DNA of 64,000 nt, from sequence record PP724615.1; one strand, written 5' to 3'. Positions within the stretch are counted from its first letter, which is position 1. The number at the start of each line of letters is the position of its first letter. Below the pieces are notes generated by a model. It made no database searches. It saw nothing but the letters and a program-made list of their open reading frames with translations, and was not told the DNA's origin. Origin of the DNA: Escherichia phage HK6. Below are positions 9,325 through 18,830 of this stretch, piece by piece. Both the position numbers and the translations under genes were made by a program.

Positions 9325-9741
9325 TTAATCTACTGCATGTATAAATCTTTTCCTAACTAGATACATAGTTATTGGGTAAATTGAGTACATAAGTATCGGG
9401 GAGAAAAGGGTGAAATACGCTGTAACTCCCCCAGCTAACATCAAAGGTATTAATGCTAGAGTAAGGGCCATAAGAATCATGCCGAATGAAACAGCCAAAG
9501 CTATGGATATAGGATTCTCTAGTTCCATCCATAACCAACAATATTTCGTATCTCTATGGCAATTGCATTTACAAACGCCGAATGAACCCATAATTATATA
9601 CTCTAGTCCGTGAATAACCTTTATTAATAAGCTATTTCGGGTAGTTAATGCAAGGATAGTAAAGACTATCATTAAAACGAATACTACTAGACTTATTTTC
9701 CAGATACCTAGCAGCATCATAGTGAATAGTTCTGCAAACAT
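9325..9741 (-). CDS. Integral membrane protein (138 aa)
   Basis: Multiple hydrophobic segments. Confidence 0.55.
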   Translation of the reverse strand: MFAELFTMMLLGIWKISLVVFVLMIVFTILALTTRNSLLIKVIHGLEYIIMGSFGVCKCNCHRDTKYCWLWMELENPISIALAVSFGMILMALTLALIPLMLAGGVTAYFTLFSPILMYSIYPITMYLVRKRFIHAVD

Positions 9742-9818
9742 GGCTTTCTCCTATCTTCAAAAATTATTAAAGCCCCCTTTGCCTAAAAAGGCGGGAATAT
9801 TCCCGCCTAAGTTATTAA

Positions 9819-10232
9819 TTAAACTAGTTCGACATGACCGCCATCATAGGTACCACGTTTTATTTCATCGTGATAATCTCCCGAAGCATTCCAATCAGCA
9901 CCAAAACGAAGTTTAATGCCTAGTTCTTTACCAGCTTGTTCAAAAGCCTTTTTAACTGCCCAAAATGCTTCTAAATCATTCCAATCAATTTTGCCATTAA
10001 TGTATGGAGCAAAATCAAGGGCATCCCCAGTAATATGCTTGCTTTTACTAGGATCTTTTAAAAATGAAGTACCATTAGCAATATTCTGGGCACTTTGTGC
10101 TACTGTACGAATACCCTGTACGATCGTGAAATCATATGGAGATAATTCTAAAGCTCTACGAGCTACTTTTTGTAGCTCTGGCTTAACGGTAGCTAATTGT
10201 TTTTCGCTATTTTTACCAAATTTAAAACTCAT
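9819..10232 (-). CDS. lys: Endolysin, L-alanyl-D-glutamate peptidase type (137 aa)
   Basis: 137-aa protein matching my recollection of the T5 endolysin sequence; directly downstream of the holin gene. Confidence 0.85.
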   Translation of the reverse strand: MSFKFGKNSEKQLATVKPELQKVARRALELSPYDFTIVQGIRTVAQSAQNIANGTSFLKDPSKSKHITGDALDFAPYINGKIDWNDLEAFWAVKKAFEQAGKELGIKLRFGADWNASGDYHDEIKRGTYDGGHVELV

Positions 10233-10885
10233 ATTGATCTACCTAAAGATCTCTGTTGTGGAGAACAGAGCTTTGTTAAATACTCGTTAAATTTCTCAGA
10301 ATCGGCTGCATCTACAGGATTATCTTTCCAAGCAATACCAATATATCCAGCATAGATATTGTTTAGATTGAAATACGGACAAGTGTATATGTAATTAAAA
10401 GTAACGTTCTTAAACGCAGGTATATTTAACCCCATATATTTATTTACTTTTACACTTAAATCCGATGCGTAGTTAAAGCCGTCTAAGTGACGTCTATATA
10501 GCTCAGACGTCTTATTTACCGCTTTATCGGCCAAGTCAGCCCTATCTAATTGCGCATTGCTTTCCCATGCAATAATGTTAGAATAATCATTAATGGCATC
10601 GGGTTTATACTTGACTACAAAAACAGCATCCGCACCCGTTTGGGAAAAAAGCACCATGCTCTTTTCTCTAGCTACGTTAGGAAAATTACTTATCCTTTGA
10701 GTTTGAACATCCTGTAGAACCGCAGACGTGGAGAAAGTCTTTAAGAATGACATCACCTCACTAGTATTACTAACAAATAAGAAAATAATGACAGCAACTA
10801 AGATAGTTAGCAGACGTTTAAGAAGCGATGCTGGATCTTTCGCTTCTTGGAGCAGTACCGTTAATAATTGTAAGAACTTTTCCAA
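10229..10885 (-). CDS. Holin-like membrane protein (218 aa)
   Basis: N-terminal transmembrane segment; 4-bp overlap with the endolysin start. Confidence 0.65.
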   Translation of the reverse strand: MEKFLQLLTVLLQEAKDPASLLKRLLTILVAVIIFLFVSNTSEVMSFLKTFSTSAVLQDVQTQRISNFPNVAREKSMVLFSQTGADAVFVVKYKPDAINDYSNIIAWESNAQLDRADLADKAVNKTSELYRRHLDGFNYASDLSVKVNKYMGLNIPAFKNVTFNYIYTCPYFNLNNIYAGYIGIAWKDNPVDAADSEKFNEYLTKLCSPQQRSLGRSI

Positions 10886-11008
10886 TTGTAACCTCCTCTA
10901 ACCAGTACCATTATACTAATTTTGGAGGAAAATTACAATGTGTTTTTAAAGATCACTTCTGGAGCATAAAATTTTGTCGTTGTCAAGAAGAATTTTACAT
11001 AAAAGAAA

Positions 11009-11032
11009 AGCCAGGGTCGTTAAACCCTGGCT
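11009..11032 (-). terminator. Hairpin plus T-run terminator
   Basis: GCCAGGG..CCCTGGC stem followed on the minus strand by TTTTCTTTTATG. Confidence 0.6.
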
Positions 11033-11056
11033 TAAAACTACTTACTCTTCGTTATG

Positions 11057-11641
11057 CTACTCTGATTGAGGTAACTGGGCTTTATTATATTGCTCAGATC
11101 GATATTTTGCCAAGATTTCAATACGCTTATGGATTTCCTTGCTATCTAGATAGATATTTTTGTTGTCTTTTACCATCTCGTCGATTTCATCTATTGAGAA
11201 GAATGGATAGTAGACATCTAGCATCATATCTTCTACGAACTTGTTGTAAGATTCATAGGCTTTCTTGATTTCTTGACCCTTCTCACAGAATCCGCCAGAG
11301 AACGTGTGTCCCATTAGCGTAGCATGTGGATGTACTACCCATCCATGACAGGATAGGAAAATTGTGCAGTAAGCAGAAGCACTAGGACCAATCAGGTGTC
11401 CTATAACTGTTCCACGGCAATTAGCAATTAAGTTAGATAACTGTGCAGCAGTATCAACATAACCACCCGGGCCATTAATCATCAGATTAATTTCGTCGTC
11501 CTCATGTGCCTGCATAAGTACCATTGATAAATCACGGTATTCATCCGGCGGGCCTAGTTCTTCATCAAAGAAAAAGGTATACTCGTTAGATTGGCGAATG
11601 GAGTGAAACAGGTTAGTCTTTTCTTCTTTTTTATTAGTCAT
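11057..11641 (-). CDS. ClpP-like serine protease subunit (194 aa)
   Basis: ClpP-like motifs INGPGG, GPSASA, TLMGH. Confidence 0.6.
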   Translation of the reverse strand: MTNKKEEKTNLFHSIRQSNEYTFFFDEELGPPDEYRDLSMVLMQAHEDDEINLMINGPGGYVDTAAQLSNLIANCRGTVIGHLIGPSASAYCTIFLSCHGWVVHPHATLMGHTFSGGFCEKGQEIKKAYESYNKFVEDMMLDVYYPFFSIDEIDEMVKDNKNIYLDSKEIHKRIEILAKYRSEQYNKAQLPQSE

Positions 11642-11653
11642 AGCGATCCTTGA

Positions 11654-12406
11654 TTATCCAACTAGTGGTTCTAGCTCTAAGTCACAGAAGTTATAAACTT
11701 CTAGTTTAAGGTTATTGATACCATCGAATTTATTAACTAATTCGTGAGTAATATATTTTGCAGGAATACCACTTTCAGATGGATGATCTGATTTAATAGT
11801 GAACTTCTGCTCAGCGGGTACTACATTTACTATCAAAGAATCCATATCTAAATGGTTTGTTTCTCTGAGTAGCTCTCCTTCATTGGGGAATCTAACATCT
11901 GTTATTACGGCGACGTCTGGGTCGTCTTTAGCGATGGATTGCTCCAGAATTATGAGCCAAATGCGTTCATGCACCAGCTGCCTTCCTAGCTCTGTTCCTA
12001 CGAGCTGTAACATTTTTCTCGGAGAAATAAATAAACTATAAAGACCATCTTCTTTATTCTCTGAGATAAGTTGTTGAGGATTAAGGTATTTTTCCTCAAA
12101 AATAGGCCAAACGTACGAGAAGTCTTCAAACTTATCGATACCGTACTTAAACCATACATCTCTGGCTCGCTCCAATTGAGATTGTGTGACCGTAAACCAT
12201 TGGTCAATCTCTTTTCCCCTGCGCTCTCCTAGAAACTCTGGAGTTACACCGAGGATTACGGATGCAAGTTCATAAACGGGCTTAGCAAAACTATAACGAC
12301 GAGAAAAACACGTTGGATACGTGTCATTACACCAATCGATAATTAATTTTGCAACGGTATCTTTTCCCGAACCAGCTTCACCATGTAAACCGACTAATAC
12401 TGACAT
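11654..12406 (-). CDS. dnk: Deoxynucleoside monophosphate kinase (250 aa)
   Basis: P-loop GEAGSGKDT at the N-terminus; size fits phage dNMP kinase. Confidence 0.7.
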   Translation of the reverse strand: MSVLVGLHGEAGSGKDTVAKLIIDWCNDTYPTCFSRRYSFAKPVYELASVILGVTPEFLGERRGKEIDQWFTVTQSQLERARDVWFKYGIDKFEDFSYVWPIFEEKYLNPQQLISENKEDGLYSLFISPRKMLQLVGTELGRQLVHERIWLIILEQSIAKDDPDVAVITDVRFPNEGELLRETNHLDMDSLIVNVVPAEQKFTIKSDHPSESGIPAKYITHELVNKFDGINNLKLEVYNFCDLELEPLVG

Positions 12407-12759
12407 TAATCTTTCCTATTGTTAATTGGTGGATAATATACTAAACAACGTTTTTCTTGCAAATCTTGACGATAGAAGCAAACCATACTTGTCAGTCGTG
12501 AAATATATGAATATTCTGCCTCACGGCATTTTGCCAACATATTCCAATCTTTATATGGTACAACTACTACTACGCCATCTTCTCCATTTGTAGCTAATTT
12601 CTTTTCAAACTTAAAGTCAAAGCTACAAGGTTGAAGTCCTTTAGGCCAATCTACATGAGCTGTTGGTAACTCATGTGAGGGTTCTGGCTTTATTTCTTGC
12701 GCACAGCCTGTGATTGTGATTGCGGCTGCGAGCAGTATTCCAAGTTTCCAGTTAAACAC
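12406..12759 (-). CDS. Lipoprotein, candidate o-spanin (117 aa)
   Basis: Signal peptide with lipobox ITGC; overlaps the 3' end of the upstream coiled-coil gene. Confidence 0.45.
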   Translation of the reverse strand: MFNWKLGILLAAAITITGCAQEIKPEPSHELPTAHVDWPKGLQPCSFDFKFEKKLATNGEDGVVVVVPYKDWNMLAKCREAEYSYISRLTSMVCFYRQDLQEKRCLVYYPPINNRKD

Positions 12760-13139
12760 GCTAATCTTTCCTCGAACTCTTTATTCTGCTTTTTAGCAAT
12801 TAATGTTACCAACCCAGGCTTTGCAGCTATAATATCTTGGCGACTAAGTGCTTTATCTAACTGCTTGATCTTTTTGTCTAGATCTGCTTGCGAAATATTA
12901 TTCATTGTGAAATACTGATTCATTCTAGTCTCACGAAGTTCGCTTTCAGCTTTCACCTTATTAAGGGAAGTCTCTAGAGAAGAAATCTTTTTAGTAGCTA
13001 CCGCAAGATCTCCTGCTAAAGTCTCCACTTTATCTACTAAGTGATAAGCACCGAACCCGATGCCTATCGCTAGACCTGCTCCCAGAATATACCACTTACC
13101 GTGCCATATTCCTGAAAGAAGTTTTTGTATCAAATCCAT
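12690..13139 (-). CDS. Membrane-anchored coiled-coil protein, candidate i-spanin (149 aa)
   Basis: N-terminal TM then charged helical region; 70-bp overlap with the lipoprotein gene. Confidence 0.45.
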   Translation of the reverse strand: MDLIQKLLSGIWHGKWYILGAGLAIGIGFGAYHLVDKVETLAGDLAVATKKISSLETSLNKVKAESELRETRMNQYFTMNNISQADLDKKIKQLDKALSRQDIIAAKPGLVTLIAKKQNKEFEERLACLTGNLEYCSQPQSQSQAVRKK

Positions 13140-13794
13140 GCGCTGCTAACCTGTCTTTATCTGATACTTTAATCATATCAGGCTCACCAGTTCCTAGTAC
13201 ACCGAAGATATACTGTTCTAGAACTTGGTGTAAACGGTATAAATTACTTTCAATTTCCTGCCACGGAATACCTGACTGATGGAAACGAATGTTAGTCTGA
13301 ATCACGAAGTTACGAACATCATCGTTATCGTTCTTTTTAATACCTTTCACATATGCAATCGGTACGCGCAGTTCGGATAAGATACGTTCTGCTTTAGGTT
13401 TTGCTTCAGCTAGCAGATCACGCATTGTTTCACGAACATCTCCACGACTCTTATCCATTAAGTAAGAGCGAGCATGCAATCCCATCTCTTCCATTTTATC
13501 GAACATAGTGTCGAGATTAAACGTTTTGAAGCTAAATGCTGGATGCCAGCAGTACAGCTCGTGTAACCAGTAAACTTCACTTGCAACAAATAGTGGGTTT
13601 ACAAAGTATTCGAAATCGCCACGGAAAGATAGCGAACCATCACGAAATACCTGGCGAGTATGCACAATGTTCTTTTCTGCATCATCGGTTACTTTAACCA
13701 GTAACTCCTCAGTTTTACGTTCCCACACACGATCTGGGTCGAACAAACTGTTCTGCAAATCATACACATCGGCGAACTTAGAAATAATCCTCAT
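13096..13794 (-). CDS. Hypothetical protein (232 aa)
   Basis: Long ORF behind promoter module at about 13797-13860. Confidence 0.6.
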   Translation of the reverse strand: MRIISKFADVYDLQNSLFDPDRVWERKTEELLVKVTDDAEKNIVHTRQVFRDGSLSFRGDFEYFVNPLFVASEVYWLHELYCWHPAFSFKTFNLDTMFDKMEEMGLHARSYLMDKSRGDVRETMRDLLAEAKPKAERILSELRVPIAYVKGIKKNDNDDVRNFVIQTNIRFHQSGIPWQEIESNLYRLHQVLEQYIFGVLGTGEPDMIKVSDKDRLAAHGFDTKTSFRNMAR

Positions 13795-13861
13795 ATTTAA
13801 TCCTCTTGCCTCAATCTATAAACATATTATACAAAAGTTTGGGCATCTAAGCAACTAAAAT

Positions 13862-13903
13862 TTTATTATAAAAATAGCCCAGTCGCAAAAGTGCAGGCTG
13901 GGC
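13862..13903 (-). terminator. Hairpin plus T-run terminator
   Basis: AGCCCAG..CTGGGCT stem followed on the minus strand by ATTTTTATAAT. Confidence 0.5.
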
Positions 13904-13948
13904 TTTGTCATTATTTGCTTTTGCTAGTAAGTTGATTTAGTATCAATC

Positions 13949-14329
13949 TTATGTAATATTAGTTTCTCTAGCTTTGCGTAGTACCCCTGCATTTCTCCAC
14001 AATTTGATGTCAGCAACTGTTTCTTTATATGGAGCAATGGTAGAACCAATTGGGCCAGCAACTAATAGCCCAAAGAACCCTACAATACGCATATAGAACA
14101 AACATTCTTTGGCTGTCATACTACTTACTGCTTTTTTCTGTCTTTCATCTTTAAACTCATGTTCTTGATTATCAATGCGTAGATACTTAACAAACCATTC
14201 AGCAGAGTATTCGTCCAAATGTCTAATAATAGCTATAGCATATCCAGCACCGATTAAAAACCAAGCTGTAACAAGAATTAGTAATATAGTCATATTATCT
14301 CCAGTTATGGCTAGCAGCCACCTCACCAC
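13949..14329 (-). CDS. Membrane protein (126 aa)
   Basis: Hydrophobic segments. Confidence 0.5.
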   Translation of the reverse strand: MVRWLLAITGDNMTILLILVTAWFLIGAGYAIAIIRHLDEYSAEWFVKYLRIDNQEHEFKDERQKKAVSSMTAKECLFYMRIVGFFGLLVAGPIGSTIAPYKETVADIKLWRNAGVLRKARETNIT

Positions 14330-14403
14330 TTACCGCACTAAGGGGCACGACTCCCTTATCCGTAACAGTTGCAGGTGACGCAACTCGGTCCTACGCGAGT
14401 TCT

Positions 14404-14688
14404 TTAGGTATTCTGCATTTCAGCTTTAAATTTTTTCATATTACGAGTTTTTCTATAAAAGAAAAACACAGATGTTGGGCCTAGAAGAATATCCACAATA
14501 AATATCATAGATCTAGCACACCTGAGTAATGTTTTATCATCAAGAGGTGGCAGATCTAACGGTCGAGTTTTATGTATAACGTATAATATTACATCTTTAT
14601 TCTTAGAAATATACAGATCATCAACCAAGCTGTAAATAGCAACCACAGATCCAATGACGAACCAAAGAGCAAATGGAGAGATAATCAT
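14404..14688 (-). CDS. Membrane protein (94 aa)
   Basis: Hydrophobic segments. Confidence 0.45.
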   Translation of the reverse strand: MIISPFALWFVIGSVVAIYSLVDDLYISKNKDVILYVIHKTRPLDLPPLDDKTLLRCARSMIFIVDILLGPTSVFFFYRKTRNMKKFKAEMQNT

Positions 14689-14981
14689 TTCAGATCCTTT
14701 TCATTAATTAGAATATTAGTAAACAGTGGAGTAAATCCTAGACTCATAGTGGGTCCAAAGGTTTTCATAGCTATCCATAACTGCATGGTAATCATCCCAT
14801 CTTTAATCTCTGGATCTTTATATTCACCAATACGTTTTTTGGCAAAGGCAACTACATCTGGATTATTTTTATTTTCCTGAATATAGTCATGCCAAAACTG
14901 GGTATTCTCACTACGTAGGAATGTTAAAACATCCTTAGTTGCTGGAATCTGCACTGTGCTGTTGATGTTTAGTCTTTTCAC
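14685..14981 (-). CDS. Hypothetical protein (98 aa)
   Basis: ATGA overlap with downstream gene. Confidence 0.5.
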   Translation of the reverse strand: MKRLNINSTVQIPATKDVLTFLRSENTQFWHDYIQENKNNPDVVAFAKKRIGEYKDPEIKDGMITMQLWIAMKTFGPTMSLGFTPLFTNILINEKDLK

Positions 14982-15378
14982 GTTCTTCTCTCCGACGTTT
15001 ACTTTCTTTCATCATATGAGCTGCTACAACTTCATGGTAGTAGTCATTAATGTTACCTTCTGGCAAGAAATGCTTAATAGTCTCTAGCTGACAAATAACT
15101 CGATGAAGATGGTTATTTGGTAGACACAATTTTATACCTGCAACAAATCCAGAGAAGCCTGGAACACTGAACATGGGTTGGGCCTCTACTCTACCTTCAG
15201 AGTTGATATTAAGCTCAATTGAAATACCCATTTTCATGCTATAAAGCTGGCAATATTCTCCATTACCAGACCTTGACCAAACAGTGAAATCCTCATCAAT
15301 TTGATCTTGGATTTCTGTAATTGCAAATTTAATTCTAGGGTCTAAATTATTCATCTTCACCTTCAAAGTCGCAATCAT
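14935..15378 (-). CDS. Hypothetical protein (147 aa)
   Basis: ORF track. Confidence 0.5.
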   Translation of the reverse strand: MIATLKVKMNNLDPRIKFAITEIQDQIDEDFTVWSRSGNGEYCQLYSMKMGISIELNINSEGRVEAQPMFSVPGFSGFVAGIKLCLPNNHLHRVICQLETIKHFLPEGNINDYYHEVVAAHMMKESKRRREEREKTKHQQHSADSSN

Positions 15379-15652
15379 AACGACAAGTAAAAGAACTGGA
15401 GCTATTAGTACGTTGAGTGGTTATTTCACCGCGTTTGCTAATAGTAACGGCTGGAGTAGAGAAGTTTTTATTAGTATATATTTCTACTTTACCATTACGT
15501 TCCTTAACATCACGAACTTTACCATACTCGGTAATAATGCCGTTCTGTTGGACTTTAACATTACCATTTTTCATAGAAACTTTGGTAGATGCCAGAGAAC
15601 CGAAACTAACTGCGGAGATCACCAGTGCAATAATAAACTTATTCATCTTCAT
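15347..15652 (-). CDS. Secreted small protein with acidic C-terminus
   Basis: Signal-peptide-like MKMNKFIIALVISAVSFGSLAS at the internal Met; ends CRYDCDFEGEDE. Confidence 0.5.
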   Translation of the reverse strand: MKMNKFIIALVISAVSFGSLASTKVSMKNGNVKVQQNGIITEYGKVRDVKERNGKVEIYTNKNFSTPAVTISKRGEITTQRTNSSSSFTCRYDCDFEGEDE

Positions 15653-15920
15653 CCTCTCCACTACAATCACGACATACATCATAATCGTTGAAAGAACGTT
15701 CGTGAGCTTCACACCACCAAGAACAAGAATCGCAGAGAAACATTTCGGTTTTCTCCAGTGCTTGACCTAAAAGATCATCAGCTTCCTCAGCAGTAATCTT
15801 CAATCCGCACACATCTGCCACACGTTCTTTAATTAAACGACCTGCTTTGTGGTAAGACATGCAGGTTCCCGCAACATCATGTTCAAGAACATGAACAGCA
15901 CAGTCTAGACGAGTTTTCAT
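15639..15920 (-). CDS. Cys-rich small protein with acidic C-terminus (93 aa)
   Basis: Multiple Cys pairs; ends CRDCSGEDEDE. Confidence 0.5.
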   Translation of the reverse strand: MKTRLDCAVHVLEHDVAGTCMSYHKAGRLIKERVADVCGLKITAEEADDLLGQALEKTEMFLCDSCSWWCEAHERSFNDYDVCRDCSGEDEDE

Positions 15921-15950
15921 TTCAAACCTCTCTCATCAATTTATAAACAT

Positions 15951-15979
15951 ATTATAGCAAGAAAAGAGAGGTTTAGCAA
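15951..15979 (-). promoter_or_regulatory. Conserved early promoter (-35 TTGCTA, 17 bp, -10 TATAAT)
   Basis: Minus-sense TTGCTAaacctctcttttcttgcTATAAT; one of about 22 copies of this module. Confidence 0.65.
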
Positions 15980-15996
15980 ATGAATTATTTCAGAAT

Positions 15997-16344
15997 TTAG
16001 TCATAGCACCACCATAACCCACGTTTACGCATGTCATGATCGCGATTATAATCATAATTTTCTGGATCTTTCATCACGCGGTGGAGTTCTTGACGATTCC
16101 CTTGACGAACCATTTTATTAGAATGCCACTTAACATTCTTACTAATAGAATTCCAGTTATAACCATCCTTTTTCTCATTACGAATGGTTGCTTCCTTCAT
16201 TTCTTTTTTGATGTCGTCCCAGGATTTGGCATAAATAACACGAATCCAGTAGCCATTTTCTTTGAGGAAAGAATATTCTTGAGAGAATTGTTCTTTAGAC
16301 TTCCACCACTGATCACCAGATTGTCTACGATAAGTACGGCTCAT
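15997..16344 (-). CDS. Hypothetical Trp-rich protein (115 aa)
   Basis: ORF track. Confidence 0.5.
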   Translation of the reverse strand: MSRTYRRQSGDQWWKSKEQFSQEYSFLKENGYWIRVIYAKSWDDIKKEMKEATIRNEKKDGYNWNSISKNVKWHSNKMVRQGNRQELHRVMKDPENYDYNRDHDMRKRGLWWCYD

Positions 16345-16426
16345 ATTACCTCCATTAAGTCTTTTAAATTAACCTAATGTGGATGAATTTTATTATACAT
16401 ATATTATGTACCTTTATACAGAAAAA

Positions 16427-16454
16427 CCCCAGACTACTTATTCAATAGCTGGGG
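16427..16454 (-). terminator. Hairpin with T-runs on both sides
   Basis: CCCCAG..CTGGGG stem; TTTTTCTG follows on the minus strand. Confidence 0.55.
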
Positions 16455-16465
16455 TTTGTTATTAA

Positions 16466-16753
16466 TTACAGATCGGGGCGTTCATCTTCGAACGCTACAA
16501 AGCCATCAAATTCATCATTTGAGATGCCCATAATCATTGCTTCCATTTTCCTAATCTCCGAAATTTTCATGCCTGCTTTACTATTCTTATAATATTTGCG
16601 AGGGTTCCCGCACATCCAACAAGAACAGATGCAAGGAGTAGTAGTGATAATACCTAACCGCTTAGGGCTTTCTTCATGTGGAAAGACTGCCCAATACTTC
16701 TTGCGGTTGTTCTTCACACGTTGCCGGTGATGGCGTCTTAATGCTCGATCCAC
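16466..16753 (-). CDS. Hypothetical basic Cys-containing protein (95 aa)
   Basis: ORF track. Confidence 0.5.
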   Translation of the reverse strand: MDRALRRHHRQRVKNNRKKYWAVFPHEESPKRLGIITTTPCICSCWMCGNPRKYYKNSKAGMKISEIRKMEAMIMGISNDEFDGFVAFEDERPDL

Positions 16754-16834
16754 ACATTTCTCCTAAAACTTGGGAGATAAACGGAGTTTGCTCGACTACC
16801 TTGCGTAGCTGGGAGAAATCGTATCCAAACCCCA

Positions 16835-17203
16835 TTACATCGCCTGAGTAAATGTACGACTAATAACGTCGTTCTGCTGTTCACGAGTCAGTGCATTAAA
16901 ACGTACAGCGTACCCTGAAACACGGATAGTTAATTGAGGGTATTTTTCAGGATGTTTCTGTGCATCCAAAAGCTGATCACGGCTTAATACATTGACATTT
17001 AGGTGCTGACCACCTTCGATTTGAGGGGCGACTTCCACTTTGACTTCACGGAAGGCTTCGGGATCGAATTGTGGTGTGATACCTTCTAGATCTTCAACTA
17101 GAACTTTCTGTTTAAGTTCACCATTGTCGGAGTATAGCTGAATAATCTGATTTTCATGAACAAGGTTAATTACGCCAGATTTAAGATTTTGATATGCTTT
17201 CAT
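16835..17203 (-). CDS. grcA: Autonomous glycyl radical cofactor, GrcA/YfiD-like (122 aa)
   Basis: C-terminal [11 protein letters not shown]...[37 protein letters not shown] matches E. coli GrcA nearly residue-for-residue, including the RVSGY glycyl-radical motif. Confidence 0.85.
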   Translation of the reverse strand: MKAYQNLKSGVINLVHENQIIQLYSDNGELKQKVLVEDLEGITPQFDPEAFREVKVEVAPQIEGGQHLNVNVLSRDQLLDAQKHPEKYPQLTIRVSGYAVRFNALTREQQNDVISRTFTQAM

Positions 17204-17226
17204 TAGATCTCCCCGATGTTAGAATT

Positions 17227-17302
17227 TGGTAGTTAGTAGTGGATTTGAACCACTGTAGTCACTCCGTATGAAGGAGGTGCATAACCACTCTGCCAACTAA
17301 CT
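17227..17302 (-). tRNA. tRNA with CAT anticodon (Met-type)
   Basis: T-arm AGTGG-TTCAAAT-CCACT, 7-bp acceptor stem, encoded CCA; anticodon read by eye. Confidence 0.65.
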
Positions 17303-17398
17303 ATTATGTTTTACTAGACTAAGTAAGTATTCTTTATACTCTTTAGACCAATTAGCTTTTTTAAACTTTCCTGGACGCATAGTCTTAATTCCTAAATT

Positions 17399-17476
17399 TG
17401 GTACTCCGGGAGGGATTTAAACCCCCCGATCTCTCGGTTATCAGCCGAGTGCTTTAGATCGCTAAGCTACCGAAGC
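17399..17476 (-). tRNA. tRNA-Ile (GAT)
   Basis: Anticodon arm CTCGG-CTGATAA-CCGAG, acceptor GCTTCGG/CCGGAGT with G-U pairs. Confidence 0.65.
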
Positions 17477-17477
17477 A

Positions 17478-17705
17478 TTAACATTTAATTGCAGAACGTT
17501 TACCATTTCTAGGCGCACCTGGAAGTCGTGCACATTCCGCCATTTTTCTTTTTATTTTGTAGATATTTTCTTGTGTTTGTTCTTCAGGCTTAATACCTGA
17601 AACACTACACCACTGATTACCATCCCATGCAGTAATGATCATAACACCATTACTCATGATCTTTTCTGTGAAAGTAATCCTCATTATAGCAACTCGTCTA
17701 AGCAA
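17478..17705 (-). CDS. Hypothetical protein (75 aa)
   Basis: ORF track. Confidence 0.4.
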   Translation of the reverse strand: MLRRVAIMRITFTEKIMSNGVMIITAWDGNQWCSVSGIKPEEQTQENIYKIKRKMAECARLPGAPRNGKRSAIKC

Positions 17706-17977
17706 GAGGTATATTTAATTTTACCATCTTTATCTACTTTGATTTCGACTTCCGCTCGTGGTACTTGACGAACTACACCATGAATCATCTTATAGCGAAT
17801 GCCTTTAGCTGGTTCATGATCTTTTGGAAATACTTGCTTAACCGTTACTACCTTGAAACCCTCACGCGGTGTTAACACTACTACTTGATCACCTTCTTTG
17901 ATTTTCCAAGAGCTAGGAAATTCATAGGTATAGCGTTGACCACCAGTTTGGAACACAACAGAAAGATAACGTTTCAT
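17684..17977 (-). CDS. Hypothetical protein (97 aa)
   Basis: Promoter module upstream at about 17975-18040. Confidence 0.5.
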   Translation of the reverse strand: MKRYLSVVFQTGGQRYTYEFPSSWKIKEGDQVVVLTPREGFKVVTVKQVFPKDHEPAKGIRYKMIHGVVRQVPRAEVEIKVDKDGKIKYTSCLDELL

Positions 17978-18226
17978 TTGGTTTCCCTCTCATTAATTTA
18001 TATAAATATTATAACAAGAAATAAGAGAGAAAGCAAATGAATTTTTAATAAAGTTTAGTCACTTCATAAACTATACTACGAGATTCTTTATTACGTTCTA
18101 TTAAATTAGCATATGCTTTTTCAGCTTCATTTTTAGTATTAAAGTCTATAACGTGGGAGGTATTAGCTCTGTTTGATTGGCTATACCAGATAACTACTAG
18201 GAGTTTAAACATACTAGTCCTTAAAT

Positions 18227-18313
18227 TGGTGCTGGGCACAGGATTCGAACCTGCAATGGGATTACTCCTCCTGATTACAAATCAGGTGCATTCAACCATT
18301 CTGCCAACCCAGC
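18227..18313 (-). tRNA. tRNA, anticodon TGT by eye, with long variable arm (87 nt)
   Basis: Anticodon arm CCTGA-TTTGTAA-TCAGG; T-arm GCAGG-TTCGAAT-CCTGT; variable-arm hairpin; isotype uncertain. Confidence 0.6.
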
Positions 18314-18478
18314 AGAACCCGTTATTTCAACGGGATTTCTTTTTCAATAACAGGGGACTTATCAGTCATGACTGTCATTGCCATTTGTTGTAGAAATTCA
18401 AAGGTGAAGGCTACACGTTCTTCACCAATCTCTACTTCTACACGTTTCTTTTGTTTGTCGATCTTAACTTTTAGGTTA

Positions 18479-18730
18479 TCAGCCATTAGAGAGTACAGTA
18501 CTGGTAGTTGGCAATACTACAGATGAAGCAACAGTGTTTAAATGCTTTCTCCAGTCTAGGTTAAATTGTTTTCGAAACTCTTCATAAGGTTCTTCTGGAT
18601 AAAAGCTAAAACCTCCTTTCTCATCATTCAGGATAACAGAGCCGTCAGTTTGTTCGTATGCTCGGTATGTTTCTCCAATAACAATAACTCGTTTATCGGT
18701 ACTTTTATTACGAAACTCAAAAACGTGCAT
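18479..18730 (-). CDS. Hypothetical protein (83 aa)
   Basis: ORF track. Confidence 0.45.
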   Translation of the reverse strand: MHVFEFRNKSTDKRVIVIGETYRAYEQTDGSVILNDEKGGFSFYPEEPYEEFRKQFNLDWRKHLNTVASSVVLPTTSTVLSNG

Positions 18731-18746
18731 AATGTTTCCTTAAAGT

Positions 18747-18822
18747 TGGAGCGGCTAGAGGGAATCGAACCCTACTCAGCGAGGCTTGGAAGGCCTGCGA
18801 CACAACCCGTGTGCTTAACCGC
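18747..18822 (-). tRNA. tRNA-Gly (TCC)
   Basis: T-loop TTCGATT; anticodon loop CTTCCAA. Confidence 0.6.
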
Positions 18823-18830
18823 TTATTATT

